64,000 nucleotides of DNA from an uncultured delta proteobacterium (GCA_963840855.1 CAWJBB010000033.1:32001-96000); one strand, 5' to 3'; shown: positions 21,219 to 31,785, counted from the first letter of the stretch. A program made the numbers and translations. Notes: a model not told the origin generated them from the letters alone.

Positions 21219-22247
21219 CTATGTCCCTAATAATTTTTTCATTCGTTCAATGACTTCCGGCGGTTGTGCGACAATCTCTTTTGCCAAAGCTTCCAGTTCT
21301 TCGCCGGGAACCGGATCCAGGTCCAATCGTTTCTTCTTGGCGTCGTCCAAAAGGTCCGGATCGCGCACGGACCTCATGAAGGCCTCACGGAGAATTTTCA
21401 CCCGGTCCGCTGGGATACCCGGAGTCGCGACGATGGGACGGCCAATCTCGTTGGCGGCCAAGATCACCGCAGCCAAGCGGCGCGCGGAATCGGCGGTTTT
21501 GTGTTGGTCCATGAGTTCATGGAGAGTTGGAACCTCAGGCAAATTAGCGTCCCGTTTCTTGCCGGTTTGAATGATTACACGAACAAAACCTTTCTTACGC
21601 CAGGTGTGGAAAGGCTCGCGGGCAAAGAAGGCGGCGATCGTGAAGGCGCGGCATTGTACCTCGCCTCGCTCTACGGCCAGGTCGACATCCGTGCCGGAGT
21701 TGTAACCGGTAACGATGTTGAATTTCGCCCCGATGGTCTCTTCCAAGAGCTTGGGCAGGTAGTAGGCAGATGAAGCCGTGCCTTCGGCGCCGCACTTGGG
21801 CGGCGTGGAAGCTTTGCGGATATCCTCGACGGTTTTATAGGGAGTGTCGCTCCTCATGTAGAGCAGATGATGCGACACGGTGGTGTTGCCGATCCAGGTA
21901 AACTTTTGCCAGTCGAACTGGACCTCCTTCCGTCCGACGAGCTGATCGAAGTAGAGCGCGGGTTGGATTGACCCGATGGTGAGGCCATCAGGCTTGGCTA
22001 CCCCGTAGATGTAATTGGCCGCAACCATGGAGGCCACGCCCGGCATGTTTTGCACGATGACATTCGGAGTGCCGGGAATATGTTTTGGGATGAACTGGGC
22101 AACCAGGCGCGCATAGAGATCATACACACTGCCCGCTGGGGTACCGGCCACAAGCCGAATGGTTTTACCCTGGTAGAAGGGGGCCTGCGCGTGAAGGCTA
22201 AAGGGCCACAGTAACACGACGAGAAAAATGAAAAAGCTCGAAAACAT
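21219..22247 (-). CDS. TctC/Bug family solute-binding protein, copy 6
   Basis: Signal peptide ending LHA-Q; AGSVYDLY, ERGEVQCRAFT, FFAREPF. Confidence 0.92.
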   Translation of the reverse strand: MFSSFFIFLVVLLWPFSLHAQAPFYQGKTIRLVAGTPAGSVYDLYARLVAQFIPKHIPGTPNVIVQNMPGVASMVAANYIYGVAKPDGLTIGSIQPALYFDQLVGRKEVQFDWQKFTWIGNTTVSHHLLYMRSDTPYKTVEDIRKASTPPKCGAEGTASSAYYLPKLLEETIGAKFNIVTGYNSGTDVDLAVERGEVQCRAFTIAAFFAREPFHTWRKKGFVRVIIQTGKKRDANLPEVPTLHELMDQHKTADSARRLAAVILAANEIGRPIVATPGIPADRVKILREAFMRSVRDPDLLDDAKKKRLDLDPVPGEELEALAKEIVAQPPEVIERMKKLLGT

Positions 22248-22450
22248 GAAACGGCCACCTTCTTTCCATACGCAACCGCAGGCTGGTTACCCTCAGTTGT
22301 GCCGTGACGTCACTGGGTCGGCGTCTCGACAGGGTAGTCAACGGCTCGTCAATCACCCAAAAGTTTGCGCCTCCGCCGGAAATTTGGCCGGAGCATATCC
22401 CTCAAGGCTGCCAGGTTGCAACAACCCCGAGGGATTGCCGGTGAAATTTC

Positions 22451-23489
22451 CTATTTTCCGCCCAGTAACTTCTCCATACGCTGTACGACGTCAGGGGTTG
22501 CCGCCATGACCTCTTTTGCCAAGGCCTCGATCTCCGCGCCGGTCGCCGGATCCATTTCCAGGCGGCGCTTTTCGGCCGTCGCCAAAAGCGCCGGATCGCT
22601 CACCGACTTGTCGAACGCGTCACGCAGTATTTTCAGCCGGTCCGCCGGAACTCCGGGAGCGGTAACCAGGGGGCGGCCAAACTCGCCGGCGGACAAAACG
22701 ACTTTTGCCAGGCTTCTTCCGGCGGCCGTCGTTTTATACCGGTCCATCAATTCGTAGATTGTCGGCGCTTCCTTGAGACGGGCGTCGCGTTTGGCGCCGC
22801 TCTGCATCAGAGTGTTGACGAAACCGCGCTTGCGCCAGGAAATGAACGGCTCCCGGGCGAAATAGGCGGTGATCGTAAAGGCGCGGCAAACCACCTCGCC
22901 GCGCTCGACGGCGAGATCCACATCTTGACCGGACTGATAGCCTAACACGATGTCGAATTTCGTTCCGAGGGTTTCTTCCATGAGTTTGGGCAGGTAATAG
23001 CCGGTGGAAGTAATACCGTTGGAGCCGCACTTGGGCGCCGCCGAGGCATTACGGATATCATCCATCGATTTATAAGGAGCGTCCGACCGCATATATAATA
23101 AGTGGTTCGAGGTGACCGGATTGCCGACCCAGCCGAACTTGGTCCAGTCGAATTTGGCTTCGGGCTTTTTCGTGAGCTGCTCGAAATAGAGCGCCGGGTA
23201 GATGGCGCCGATGGTCAAGCCATCCGGTTTGGCGACGTTGTAGACCTGATTGGCCGCGATCATCGACGCGGCGCCCGGCACGTTCTGGATAATGATATTC
23301 GGATTGCCGGGAATGTATTTCGGCATGAACTCAGCGAGCATGCGCGGGTACAAGTCATAGGCGTCGCCGGCTTTGGTGCCAACAATAATTGTTATCGTTT
23401 TTCCTTGATAAAATGGGGTCTGAGCCTGGGCATGGCCGGCCACGGCAGCTTGCCATCAGGATTATTAGAGCGACCAACAAACAATGCAT
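22451..23489 (-). CDS. TctC/Bug family solute-binding protein, copy 7 (frameshift in signal peptide near 23445)
   Basis: AAGGAGG RBS plus ATG 23489 MHCLLVALIILMA in another frame; mature part intact, closest to copy 5. Confidence 0.88.
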
Positions 23490-23543
23490 TTCGATACTTC
23501 CTCCTTAAAAGATTTTCGACCGAACTTTAACATGTTAAAAAAT

Positions 23544-24576
23544 TTATAACCCACTAATTAATTCGAGTATTTTTTTCACCCGTGCCAGGACATCCGGCGG
23601 TTGCTGCAAAATTTGCTGAGCGAGTTTTTCCAAATGCGCGCCGCTCGTAGGATCGACATCCATTCTTTGCTTCCGCGTCTCGGCGAGCAGTTCGGGATCT
23701 TTCATGGACTGATCGAAGGCCCGCCGCAGCATTTCGACGCGCTCCGCCGGCGTCCCCGGACCGGAAATAATCGGCCGTCCGAAGGACTCGGCCGCGAGGA
23801 TCACCTGGGCAACGCGGCGACTGTTCTCGGGCACGTTTTCTTTGTCGAAGATCTCCGCGATGGTCGGTACATCAGGGATTCTTTCATCACGCTTGGCGCC
23901 GGTATAGAGCAGGATTCGAACAAAGTTTTTCTTTTGCCAACTCAAGAACGGCTCGCGTCCGAAGAAGGGCGACGCGGTCATGCCACGGCACATGACTTCG
24001 CCTTTTTCGACCGCGATGTCGATCTCGGACCCGCCGGGATATCCTAAAACAGTATTGATTTTTAGAGGCGGCAAGGTGTCCTCCAACATGCGCGCCAGGA
24101 TGAAATCGGTGCTGACTGTTCCTGTAGAGCCGCATTTGGGCGGCTCTTTGGCGTTTTTCACGTCCGAGATGGTCTTGTAAGGACTGTCGGCGCGCATATA
24201 AAGAATCATCGGTTCCATGACCGGAGAGCCTATCCAGGCGAACTTGCGCAGGTCGAACTTCACTTCAGGCCGGCCGACGAGTTGGTCGAGATAGAGGCCG
24301 CTGCTTGGAAAACCGATGGTCAAACCGTCGGGTTTGGCGACGTTGTAGACGTAATTGGTCGCTACGACGGAACCCGCGCCGGGCATATTCTGCACGATGA
24401 AACTCGGATTGCCTGGGATATACTTCGGCATGAAGCGCGACAGCAGGCGCGCCCAACGATCGTAAAACCCTCCGGTGGTAAAGCCGACCACAACCCTGAC
24501 CTGTTTGCCTTGGTAAAAGGGAGCGGCTGGGCGTGAACGTGGAAGAGCCAAAGCTCGCCCAAATAGACCGGTTCAT
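23544..24576 (-). CDS. TctC/Bug family solute-binding protein, copy 8 (disrupted signal peptide region)
   Basis: GGAG RBS plus ATG 24576 MNRSIWA; leader split over frames; mature part intact (GGFYDRW, CRGM). Confidence 0.85.
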
Positions 24577-24765
24577 TTGTGCTCCCTGCTCGCATGGGTG
24601 CTCGGCCTGGTCGAGATGATTCGGATTGGATCTCGACGGCCGGCGGGTACGAGTGCGATTGACGTAAGCCTCGCGGAGGGTGACGCCAAGATGAACTGCT
24701 GATTAGACTAAGAGATCGCCATGTCGATGCAACTCCATTTCATTCGTCTGGTTTTCGTCACGACC

Positions 24766-25797
24766 TTATTCGGCGAGAACTTTTTTGACCCGCTCCATGA
24801 CATCGCTCGGCTGGTTCATGAGTTCTTTCATCAGAACTTGTAGCTCTTCGCCGGGCGTATACTCCATATCCATCTGGCCCTTTTTCGCTTCTTCGATAAG
24901 GCCGGGATCTCTCATGGCTTTGGCATAGGCATCCCGCAGCATCTTCACTCGATCCGGCGGGTTGCCCGGGCCAGCCACCATCGGCCGGCCAAATTCTCCG
25001 CCCGCCAAAACGATGCGCGTTACGCCGCGCATAACTTCTGGAGTCTTATATTGGTCCATGAGTTCGAAGAGCGTCGGTGCATCGCCCATGCGCGGATCGC
25101 GCTTCGGTCCGCCTTGGAGTAGGTGACGGTCGAAGCCCTTCTTGTGCCAGGTCTCGAACGGCTCGCGGCCAAAGTGAGGAGGGATGTCCATGCCCCGGCA
25201 GACGATTTCACCGCGCTCCACCGCGACGTCGATCTCGCTGCCGCCCTGATATCCCGTCACCGTGTTGAGCTTTGCCTTGAAAGCTTCGTCCATGAGTCGC
25301 GCGATAAGATAGCCCGTACTGGCTGTCCCCGTCGAGCCGCATTTGGGCGGTTCGCTGGCTTTAATGATATCCGCAACGGTCTTGAACGGACTATCGGCGC
25401 GGAAATAGAGCATCGTCGGCGCCTTTTCCTGGGTGCCGATAAATTCAAATTTGCGCATGTCGAACTTGACTTCTTTACGGCCGACGATTTGATCGAGGTA
25501 CAAGCTATTGATCGGCACCAACAAGGTCAGACCGTCGCTTTTGGCCAGGTTGTAAACATAGTTGGCCGCGATCACCGAACTCGCCCCAGGCATGTTTTGC
25601 ACGACGAAGTTGGGGTTTCCGGGTATGTATTTTGGCATATAGCGCGACAGCAGTCTCGCCCAGCGGTCGTAGAAGCCTCCGGGCGTAAAACCGACGATAA
25701 CTCTAACGGTCTTATCCTGGTAGAACGGCGTGGCTTGAGCCCGAAGGAACGAGGCGGAGGAAACGATCAAAAAGACGACGAGGATTAGAGTGCCCAT
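24766..25797 (-). CDS. TctC/Bug family solute-binding protein, copy 9
   Basis: AGGAGG RBS, signal peptide, GGFYDRW, ERGEIVCRGM, HFGREPF; closest to copy 8. Confidence 0.92.
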   Translation of the reverse strand: MGTLILVVFLIVSSASFLRAQATPFYQDKTVRVIVGFTPGGFYDRWARLLSRYMPKYIPGNPNFVVQNMPGASSVIAANYVYNLAKSDGLTLLVPINSLYLDQIVGRKEVKFDMRKFEFIGTQEKAPTMLYFRADSPFKTVADIIKASEPPKCGSTGTASTGYLIARLMDEAFKAKLNTVTGYQGGSEIDVAVERGEIVCRGMDIPPHFGREPFETWHKKGFDRHLLQGGPKRDPRMGDAPTLFELMDQYKTPEVMRGVTRIVLAGGEFGRPMVAGPGNPPDRVKMLRDAYAKAMRDPGLIEEAKKGQMDMEYTPGEELQVLMKELMNQPSDVMERVKKVLAE

Positions 25798-25980
25798 TAG
25801 CCCTCCTGACTTTTCCTATCTAGCATGCTCCCGGCAGTCCTATTCATCGGTCACCCGCGTTGAGGCGGGAAGAACTTCTGGATTAAGCCGGTGAATGCTT
25901 GTGGCAAAATGAGTTGACAAAGGGGAATTGCCGGATCGCGTGTGATGCGAGTTAACGCCGTTTGCACGCTGCTATGAATT

Positions 25981-26469
25981 TTATTCCCATCCAAGCCAGG
26001 CAAAGATGCGCCCCTCGGGAAAGGGCAGTGTAAGGAGCTTTACGAACAGCAACCAAAAAACGCCATAGGCAAGCGCCGTCAAACCGATGGACAGGCCCCA
26101 TGACTCCTTCGATTGAATTTTGAGGTACGTAAACATCATTACGACAATGCTGATAGGGAATCCCACAAGCCAAACCCCGAGCAAAAAGCAAAAAAACCAG
26201 GTAAACATGACAATAGCCCGCTTTTTTGCCAGCGCCGGATCAATGTCTTTGGTAAATTGAAAATCCATCGGCGTGCCGTCGGATGTTTGCTTGGGCTTAT
26301 ATCCTCTTAAATCCAGAACGACCTGGATAACGGCCAAGATCACCATCGGGAAGCCGATGGCCCAAGGGTAAAGCCTGGCCTGGAGTCGCCAATCCTGGGC
26401 GACGTAAACCCAAACGATAAAAAATATTAGTGCGCAAATACTAAAAATCGCCGGCCCTCTGATTTTCAC
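25981..26469 (-). CDS. tctB: tripartite tricarboxylate transporter small permease TctB
   Basis: 162 aa with about 4-5 TM segments, ARLYPW early motif, C-terminal F..LL..PFP.G; tctA/tctC context. Confidence 0.85.
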   Translation of the reverse strand: MKIRGPAIFSICALIFFIVWVYVAQDWRLQARLYPWAIGFPMVILAVIQVVLDLRGYKPKQTSDGTPMDFQFTKDIDPALAKKRAIVMFTWFFCFLLGVWLVGFPISIVVMMFTYLKIQSKESWGLSIGLTALAYGVFWLLFVKLLTLPFPEGRIFAWLGWE

Positions 26470-26482
26470 GATGTTATCCTTC

Positions 26483-27514
26483 CTATACGGCCCAGCCGTA
26501 GAGTTTCATGGCGTTGGCGCGCGTGATCTTAGCTTTCTGCTGGTCTGATATATCCGTTCTGCCGCGCACTGTCGATACCATATAGGGAAAATTACCGTCC
26601 CAGTGGGGATAGTCGGAGGCGAACAGTATCACATCTTCGCCGGCCTTTTCCAGAACATACGGGAGCGTGTTTTCTTCCGGCTCGGTGGCGTAGAACCAGT
26701 TGCCAGCGGTCATATACGCGCTCGGCTTTTTCTTCAATAGCGGCGCCTCGGATTGGCGCTTCTCCCATTCTTCATCCATCCGGTCCATCCAGTAGGGCAC
26801 CCAGCCGCAACCGCATTCCAAAAAGGCGATGCGCAGGTTGGGAAACTTTTCCGGCACTCCGCCATAAACCAGCGCCGCGCAGTCGATAAAGGTTTCGAAG
26901 GGACGCCCAATGGTGTGGCGGAATAAAAAAGTGTCGAAGCGGATTTCCCCCGCGGGCCCCTGGCGCGAGTTGTGAATCAACAGCGGCGCGTTGAGCTTCT
27001 GTAACTCTTCATAGATCGGCCAGAACAGGGGCTGGCCGATATGTTCTTTCAGCCCAAAGGTGCCGACCGCGATGCCCACAAGGCCGAGCTTGGTTATCGC
27101 CCGCTGGGCTTCTTTGCACGCGGCATCGACATCTTGAAAGGGGACGAGGCCCACGGCTTTTAGGCGCGGGCTTTCGGCGCAGACTGACGCAACCCAATCG
27201 TTGTAACCGCGGCAGTAAGCGGCGGCATAGTCTCTCTCCGGTGTTTGCGTGATGCCAAAACCGCTGGTTGGAAACAAGACTGAAATGTCGATGCCCTCTT
27301 TGTCCATATCGCGCAGCCGGGTCGGCACGTCGTCAACTTGCAAGCCGAGCTTGCCAAACATGCTGGAGTCCCAGACATCGTTTGGCAAAAGTCCGCCCTG
27401 GCGGCGGCAATAGGGCTCAGCCATAAACTTGCGAATATCCGAGTCACGGTCGCGCACATGACCGTCGGCGTCGATAACTCTCACGTCTGCCAAATTTGGG
27501 ACTGCCATGACCAT
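26483..27514 (-). CDS. amidohydrolase family 2 protein
   Basis: VIDADGHV, LIHN, FLECGCGWVPYW, FASDYPHWD. Confidence 0.9.
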   Translation of the reverse strand: MVMAVPNLADVRVIDADGHVRDRDSDIRKFMAEPYCRRQGGLLPNDVWDSSMFGKLGLQVDDVPTRLRDMDKEGIDISVLFPTSGFGITQTPERDYAAAYCRGYNDWVASVCAESPRLKAVGLVPFQDVDAACKEAQRAITKLGLVGIAVGTFGLKEHIGQPLFWPIYEELQKLNAPLLIHNSRQGPAGEIRFDTFLFRHTIGRPFETFIDCAALVYGGVPEKFPNLRIAFLECGCGWVPYWMDRMDEEWEKRQSEAPLLKKKPSAYMTAGNWFYATEPEENTLPYVLEKAGEDVILFASDYPHWDGNFPYMVSTVRGRTDISDQQKAKITRANAMKLYGWAV

Positions 27515-27667
27515 CTCCTTCGAATACTATCGGATTTACCCAGGCTCCACAGGTTTCGCTATACCGCGCCACCGATTACCATACGACACGATTGAAGGTC
27601 AATGGCGATTTACCCTTTTTCACTGGATGCAACTGTGGTAAATGGGCTCCAAGCATCGAGAGTCATC

Positions 27668-28864
27668 ATGGATTTTCGCCTGACCGAGGAAGAAGAAAAA
27701 CTGCGCAGAAGCGTAGAAGACTTCGTGCGCGACGAATTGATCCCGCTGGAGCCGGAGTTTGCCAACGCGCCGGACATTTTTGAAGGCACGCGGTGGAAAA
27801 GCCGCGCGACCTTGAGCCGCGATCCGGAAATCAAGCGCTACATCGCGCTCATGGACGGCTTGGAAAAAAAGGCTGAAGCGAAGGGGCTCTGGTATCTCGA
27901 CGTGCCGCAGCAATATGGCGGCATGGCGGTGAGCAATGTCGCCATGATCGCCACCACCGAGGAGCTGGAGAAAAGCTCGATTCCTTTTGAATTGGGCAAC
28001 CATGTCTCGAATATTCTCTATAATTGCACGGGCGATCAGGTCGAACGGTTTTTGCTACCCTGCATCCGCGGCGAAAAAACATCCGCCTTCGCTTTGAGCG
28101 AGCCGGCGTCGGGCGCCGATCCGTCGATGTTGCAAACCACGGCGACGCCCAAGGGCGACGACTTCATCATCAACGGCACAAAAATGTTTCCTACCTTCGC
28201 CGATGTCGCGGACTTCGTACAGCTCTTCGCCCGCCTGCCGGGCACCAAGGGGCGCGAAGGCGTTACCTGCTTTCTGATCGACACCGGGGCGCCCGGCTAC
28301 CGCGTCGTGCGCAGCATCGAGACCATCGCGGGAAGCGAGCCCTGCGAGCTGGTCTTCGAAGATTGCCGGGTGCATAAATCGCAGGTGCTGGGCGAAGTGG
28401 GCAACGGCTGGGCGCTCAATCAGGCATGGCTGGGCGCGCGCCGCTTTCAAGTGGGCATGCGGGCGCACGGCATGGCGCGCCGCGTGCTGCGCACCGTGGC
28501 CGACTTGTTGCGTGGCGATGCCAAAGAGGCGGAAAAGTACAGCGGCGCCATCGGCCACTTTCTCGGCGAGCTAGAGGCGCTGAGAACGATCACCTATTAC
28601 GGCGCATGGAAAGCGGATCAAAAACTCGATGTCCGCACCGAAGCTGCCAACGTGAAACTGTTCGGCACCGAGCTATTGCACAAGGTGATCGATTTTGCAC
28701 TGGAAGCGGCCGGTCCGGCCGCGTTTCGCAAACGGCACGCTATCGCGCGGTCGTTCCGTCACGCCCGGGCGCGCCGGATCATCGAAGGGCCGTCGGAAAT
28801 CCAGCGCCATATCATACAACGCGCGCTCTTCAGAGAGGGCGTCGCGCTGTGCGAGTTGATTTGA
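27668..28864 (+). CDS. acyl-CoA dehydrogenase (catalytic subunit)
   Basis: MDFRLTEEE start, FALSEPASGAD, INGTKMF, RIIEGPSEIQR with catalytic Glu. Confidence 0.92.
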   Translation: MDFRLTEEEEKLRRSVEDFVRDELIPLEPEFANAPDIFEGTRWKSRATLSRDPEIKRYIALMDGLEKKAEAKGLWYLDVPQQYGGMAVSNVAMIATTEELEKSSIPFELGNHVSNILYNCTGDQVERFLLPCIRGEKTSAFALSEPASGADPSMLQTTATPKGDDFIINGTKMFPTFADVADFVQLFARLPGTKGREGVTCFLIDTGAPGYRVVRSIETIAGSEPCELVFEDCRVHKSQVLGEVGNGWALNQAWLGARRFQVGMRAHGMARRVLRTVADLLRGDAKEAEKYSGAIGHFLGELEALRTITYYGAWKADQKLDVRTEAANVKLFGTELLHKVIDFALEAAGPAAFRKRHAIARSFRHARARRIIEGPSEIQRHIIQRALFREGVALCELI

Positions 28865-28865
28865 A

Positions 28866-28956
28866 TAGGCGAGAGGCGAAAGGCGGTAGGCGTGAGAGTC
28901 GACGGAAAAGCGTGCGTTGCCCTAGAACTCATGCCTGTTGCCTCTCGCCTCACGCG
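28866..28956. repeat. inverted heptamer-array element (AGGCGNN...NNCGCCT)
   Basis: taggcga-gaggcga-aaggcgg-taggcgt, spacer, then atgcct-gttgcct-ctcgcct-cacgcg. Confidence 0.78.
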
Positions 28957-28968
28957 CTGAATTCTTTT

Positions 28969-30074
28969 ATGGATTTTAGACTTAGCGAAGAAGAAAAACT
29001 GATTCGCGAAACCGCGGCGCAGTTCGTGCGCCGCGAAATGATGACGCGGGAGCGGGACTATCTCAGGCAGGAAGAGCTGTTTTTGCCGCCCGGTGATCCG
29101 CCGCGGCGCGAGCTCGACCCCGAGGCGTACGATTCTCTGCGCGAAAATCGCCCGGCGTATCGGGCTTTGGGCGCCGGAGCTGCAAACGTCCGGCGAAGGC
29201 GAACCGATGAGCACCGTAGCACGGGTGTTGGTTCATCGGGAGTTCGGCCGGACCATTCTGCCCTTTGAGCCGGCTTTCAATTCCGGCCTTAGTGGCCGGG
29301 ACGCCCTACGCCAAGGATCTAATGGCCGGCAAGCTATCGCTGTCCCTGGCCTTCGATCAGGTTCACGGCACCGGGACCCTCGAGGGCGTCACAACCAGCT
29401 ATCGGCAAGCCGCCGACAGCTTCGCGCTCAGCGTTTCGCGCATGGATATATTAAATCCAGAGGCTGACCTCTTCTTGCTGCCGGCTCGACACGAAGCATC
29501 GGAACAAGTCGGACTATTTCTGATTGCGTCGGATGCGCCGGGACTTTGCATCGATGCCAGCGAGGATTTGACCACGGATGCGATCATCGCCTCGCTTTCG
29601 CTCGACCAGTGCATCGTCAGCAAGGATCAGCTGTTGGGCCATGAATCCGAGATTGCGACGATCGTCGCGTCGGAGCAGTTGCGCATCGCGGCGCGCTGTC
29701 TCGGCATCGCCATGCGTTGCCTCGCCGACACCATCGAGCACGCGCGCAACCGCGTGACCTTCGGCAGGCCGCTTGCGCAGCGCCAGGCGGTTCAATGGAT
29801 GCTGGCCGATTTATCGACCGATATCGCGACGTCGACCTGGCTCACGCTGGAGGCCGCGTGGCGTGCCGATAATGATATGCCGTACTTTCAGGAGGCGGCG
29901 CTGGCGAAGAAACGCGCGGCGAAAATGGCTTTCCAGGCCGCCGATACGGCGATCCAGATACATGGCGGATATGGCGTGTGCAAAGAGTTTCCCTTCGAGG
30001 GCTTCTATCGCGAAGCCCGGCTGATGCGCCTGCTCTATGGACGGGAAGCGGAGATGGATCGGGCGCGCGGGTGA
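28969..30074 (+). CDS. degenerate acyl-CoA dehydrogenase subunit (frameshifts near 29140 and 29275)
   Basis: MDFRLSEEEKLIRE start; C-terminal RVTFGRPLAQRQAVQWMLAD and IQIHGGYG intact; SEP..G.D and EG motifs absent. Confidence 0.82.
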
Positions 30075-30083
30075 AAAATTTTT

Positions 30084-30168
30084 AAGGCAAGAGGCATGAG
30101 GCACTGAGGCGCGAGCAGGGCGAGACGAATTTCGTCTTCCTCTACTGTAGCCTCGCGCCTCACGCCTG
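30084..30168. repeat. inverted heptamer-array element (AGGC type)
   Basis: aaggcaa-gaggcat-gaggcac-tgaggcg ... gcctcgcgcctcacgcct. Confidence 0.75.
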
Positions 30169-30186
30169 CGACTGAAAGGAGCTAAG

Positions 30187-31339
30187 ATGCGACGAAAAAA
30201 AGTTTGTTTTGTCGGCTACGGTTCGACGGAGTATTCGCGCAAATCGGAGGAGTCGCAATTGGGCCATTATGCGACGGCGATTCGCGCGGCGTTGAATCAG
30301 ACCGGGCTCAAGAAGAACGACATTCACGGGCTGTCGATCACGACGCAGGCGAGTCCCGACACCGCGCCGCATGTGGCGGAGCAGCTGGGTTTTGAATTGG
30401 ATTGGGTATTGAACGGCGATTACGGCGGCGCGGGCGGAGTCGGCGCGGTGCGTCGGGCGGCCGATGCCATCGAGTGCGGCCATCTCGACGTCGCCCTGTT
30501 GGTGGGCGGCAACTCTTTCGATCGAAGCGTGGCGCATCAGCGTCCGCTGGAATACCAGCGCGGCAATTTCGTCGATGTTTACGGCTACGGCGGGCCCAAT
30601 AGCTTGATGGCGTTGATCCAAAGGCTGCACATGGAAAACTTCGGCACGACTTTGGAACAAATTGGCAAGATCGCCGTGGCGCAGCGCTTCAATGCGATCA
30701 ATAATCCGCAGGCGCTGTTTCGCGAGCCGATGTCGATGCAGGACTATCTCAACTCGCGCATGATCTCCGATCCGATCCGGCTGTTCGACTGTGTTATGCC
30801 GTGCTCCGGAGCCGAATGCTTGATTGTCGCTTCAGAGGAAAAAGCCAAACAGATTACCGACAAGCTGGTTTATCTGGTTACAGACGCCGAGAAGGTGCAC
30901 TACCAGGTCGCCAACATGTTGCCGGAGAAGACCACCTTTGGCATGAAAGCGGTGGGCGAGAAAATATTCGCGGAAGTGAAGCGCGAAGACATCGACTTGT
31001 TTGAAATTTACGACGACTATCCGATCGCGGTGATGATCCAGATCGAAGACTTCGGTTACTGCAAAAAAGGCGACGGCGGAAAATTCGTCGACGCTCACGA
31101 TTTGACTTACAACGGCGATTTTCCCGTCAACACCGGCGGCGGCGAGTTGTCCGTCGGCCAAGCCGGCCTTGCAGGCGGTTTTTTGCACGTCGTCGAAGCT
31201 CTGCGGCAACTCAGAGGGCGAAGCCGAAGGCCATCAGGTGAAGAAGGCTGAGCGTGCTTTGGTCACCGGCATCGGCTGGCTCAACTATGGGCGCAATCTC
31301 GGCACCACCGCCGCGCTGGTCATGGAAAGGAGAAAGTAA
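30187..31339 (+). CDS. SCP2/Ltp2-type thiolase-fold protein (frameshift near 31220)
   Basis: RMISDPIRLFDC, EIYDDYP, PVNTGGGELS, VEALRQLRG; corrected C-terminus ends at TAA 31339 overlapping the next ATG. Confidence 0.88.
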
Positions 31340-31756
31340 TGGCTGAAGCAAGGACTCCGCAAAAAAGCTTGCCCAAGATCAATCCCGTCGACGCGCCGTT
31401 TTGGCAAGGCGCCGCAAACGATAAGTTTCTTCTGCAGAAGTGCAAGAGCTGCGGCAAGGTGCAATTCTTCCCGCGCGTCGCCTGTGTCGACTGCTTCGGC
31501 GAGATGGCCTGGATCGAAGTCGAAGGGCACCGGCAAGATTCATACTTTCACGCTAGTGCGCGTGCCGCGCAACCCGGCTTTCAAGGAAGAGGTGCCGATC
31601 TATTATATCAACGTGATCTTGGATGAAGGTGTAATCATTGAAAGCCGATTGGTCGGCGATTCCAAAGAAAAAGTGAAAATGGGCGACCGGGTCAAAGTCG
31701 TTTATCAGGCGACCCACGATCCGACGATAAAGCTGCCGTGCTTTGAGCTGGCATAG
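31339..31756 (+). CDS. DUF35 family Zn-ribbon/OB-fold protein (frameshift near 31520)
   Basis: PFWQG, CKSC...FPR..CVDC, then GTGKIHTFT...V.LDEG in the second frame. Confidence 0.9.
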
Positions 31757-31759
31757 GGG

Positions 31760-31785
31760 AATTTTGGATTTTCGATTTTGCGATT
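31760..31785. repeat. short TTTTCGA/TTTTGGA heptamer run
   Basis: aattttggattttcgattttgcgatt directly after a stop codon; similar run at 44449-44468. Confidence 0.5.

Noticed and set aside
24600-24750. Possible small gene remnant between tctC copies 8 and 9
   Set aside because: Interrupted by stops and I recognise no family motif.
16394-25797. Integron-like cassette array with the palindromes as attC sites
   Set aside because: No integrase. The palindromes run GTT...AAC inside 5' coding regions, whereas attC runs AAC...GTT downstream of genes, and they occur in only four of nine copies.
16394-25797. Diversity-generating retroelement or invertase shufflon acting on the tctC array
   Set aside because: No reverse transcriptase or recombinase, no near-identical template/variable pair; copies differ throughout.
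28426-29268. 280-aa ORF spanning two acyl-CoA dehydrogenase genes
   Set aside because: Alternate frame of the first gene plus repeat read-through; only the part from ATG 28969 is real coding sequence.
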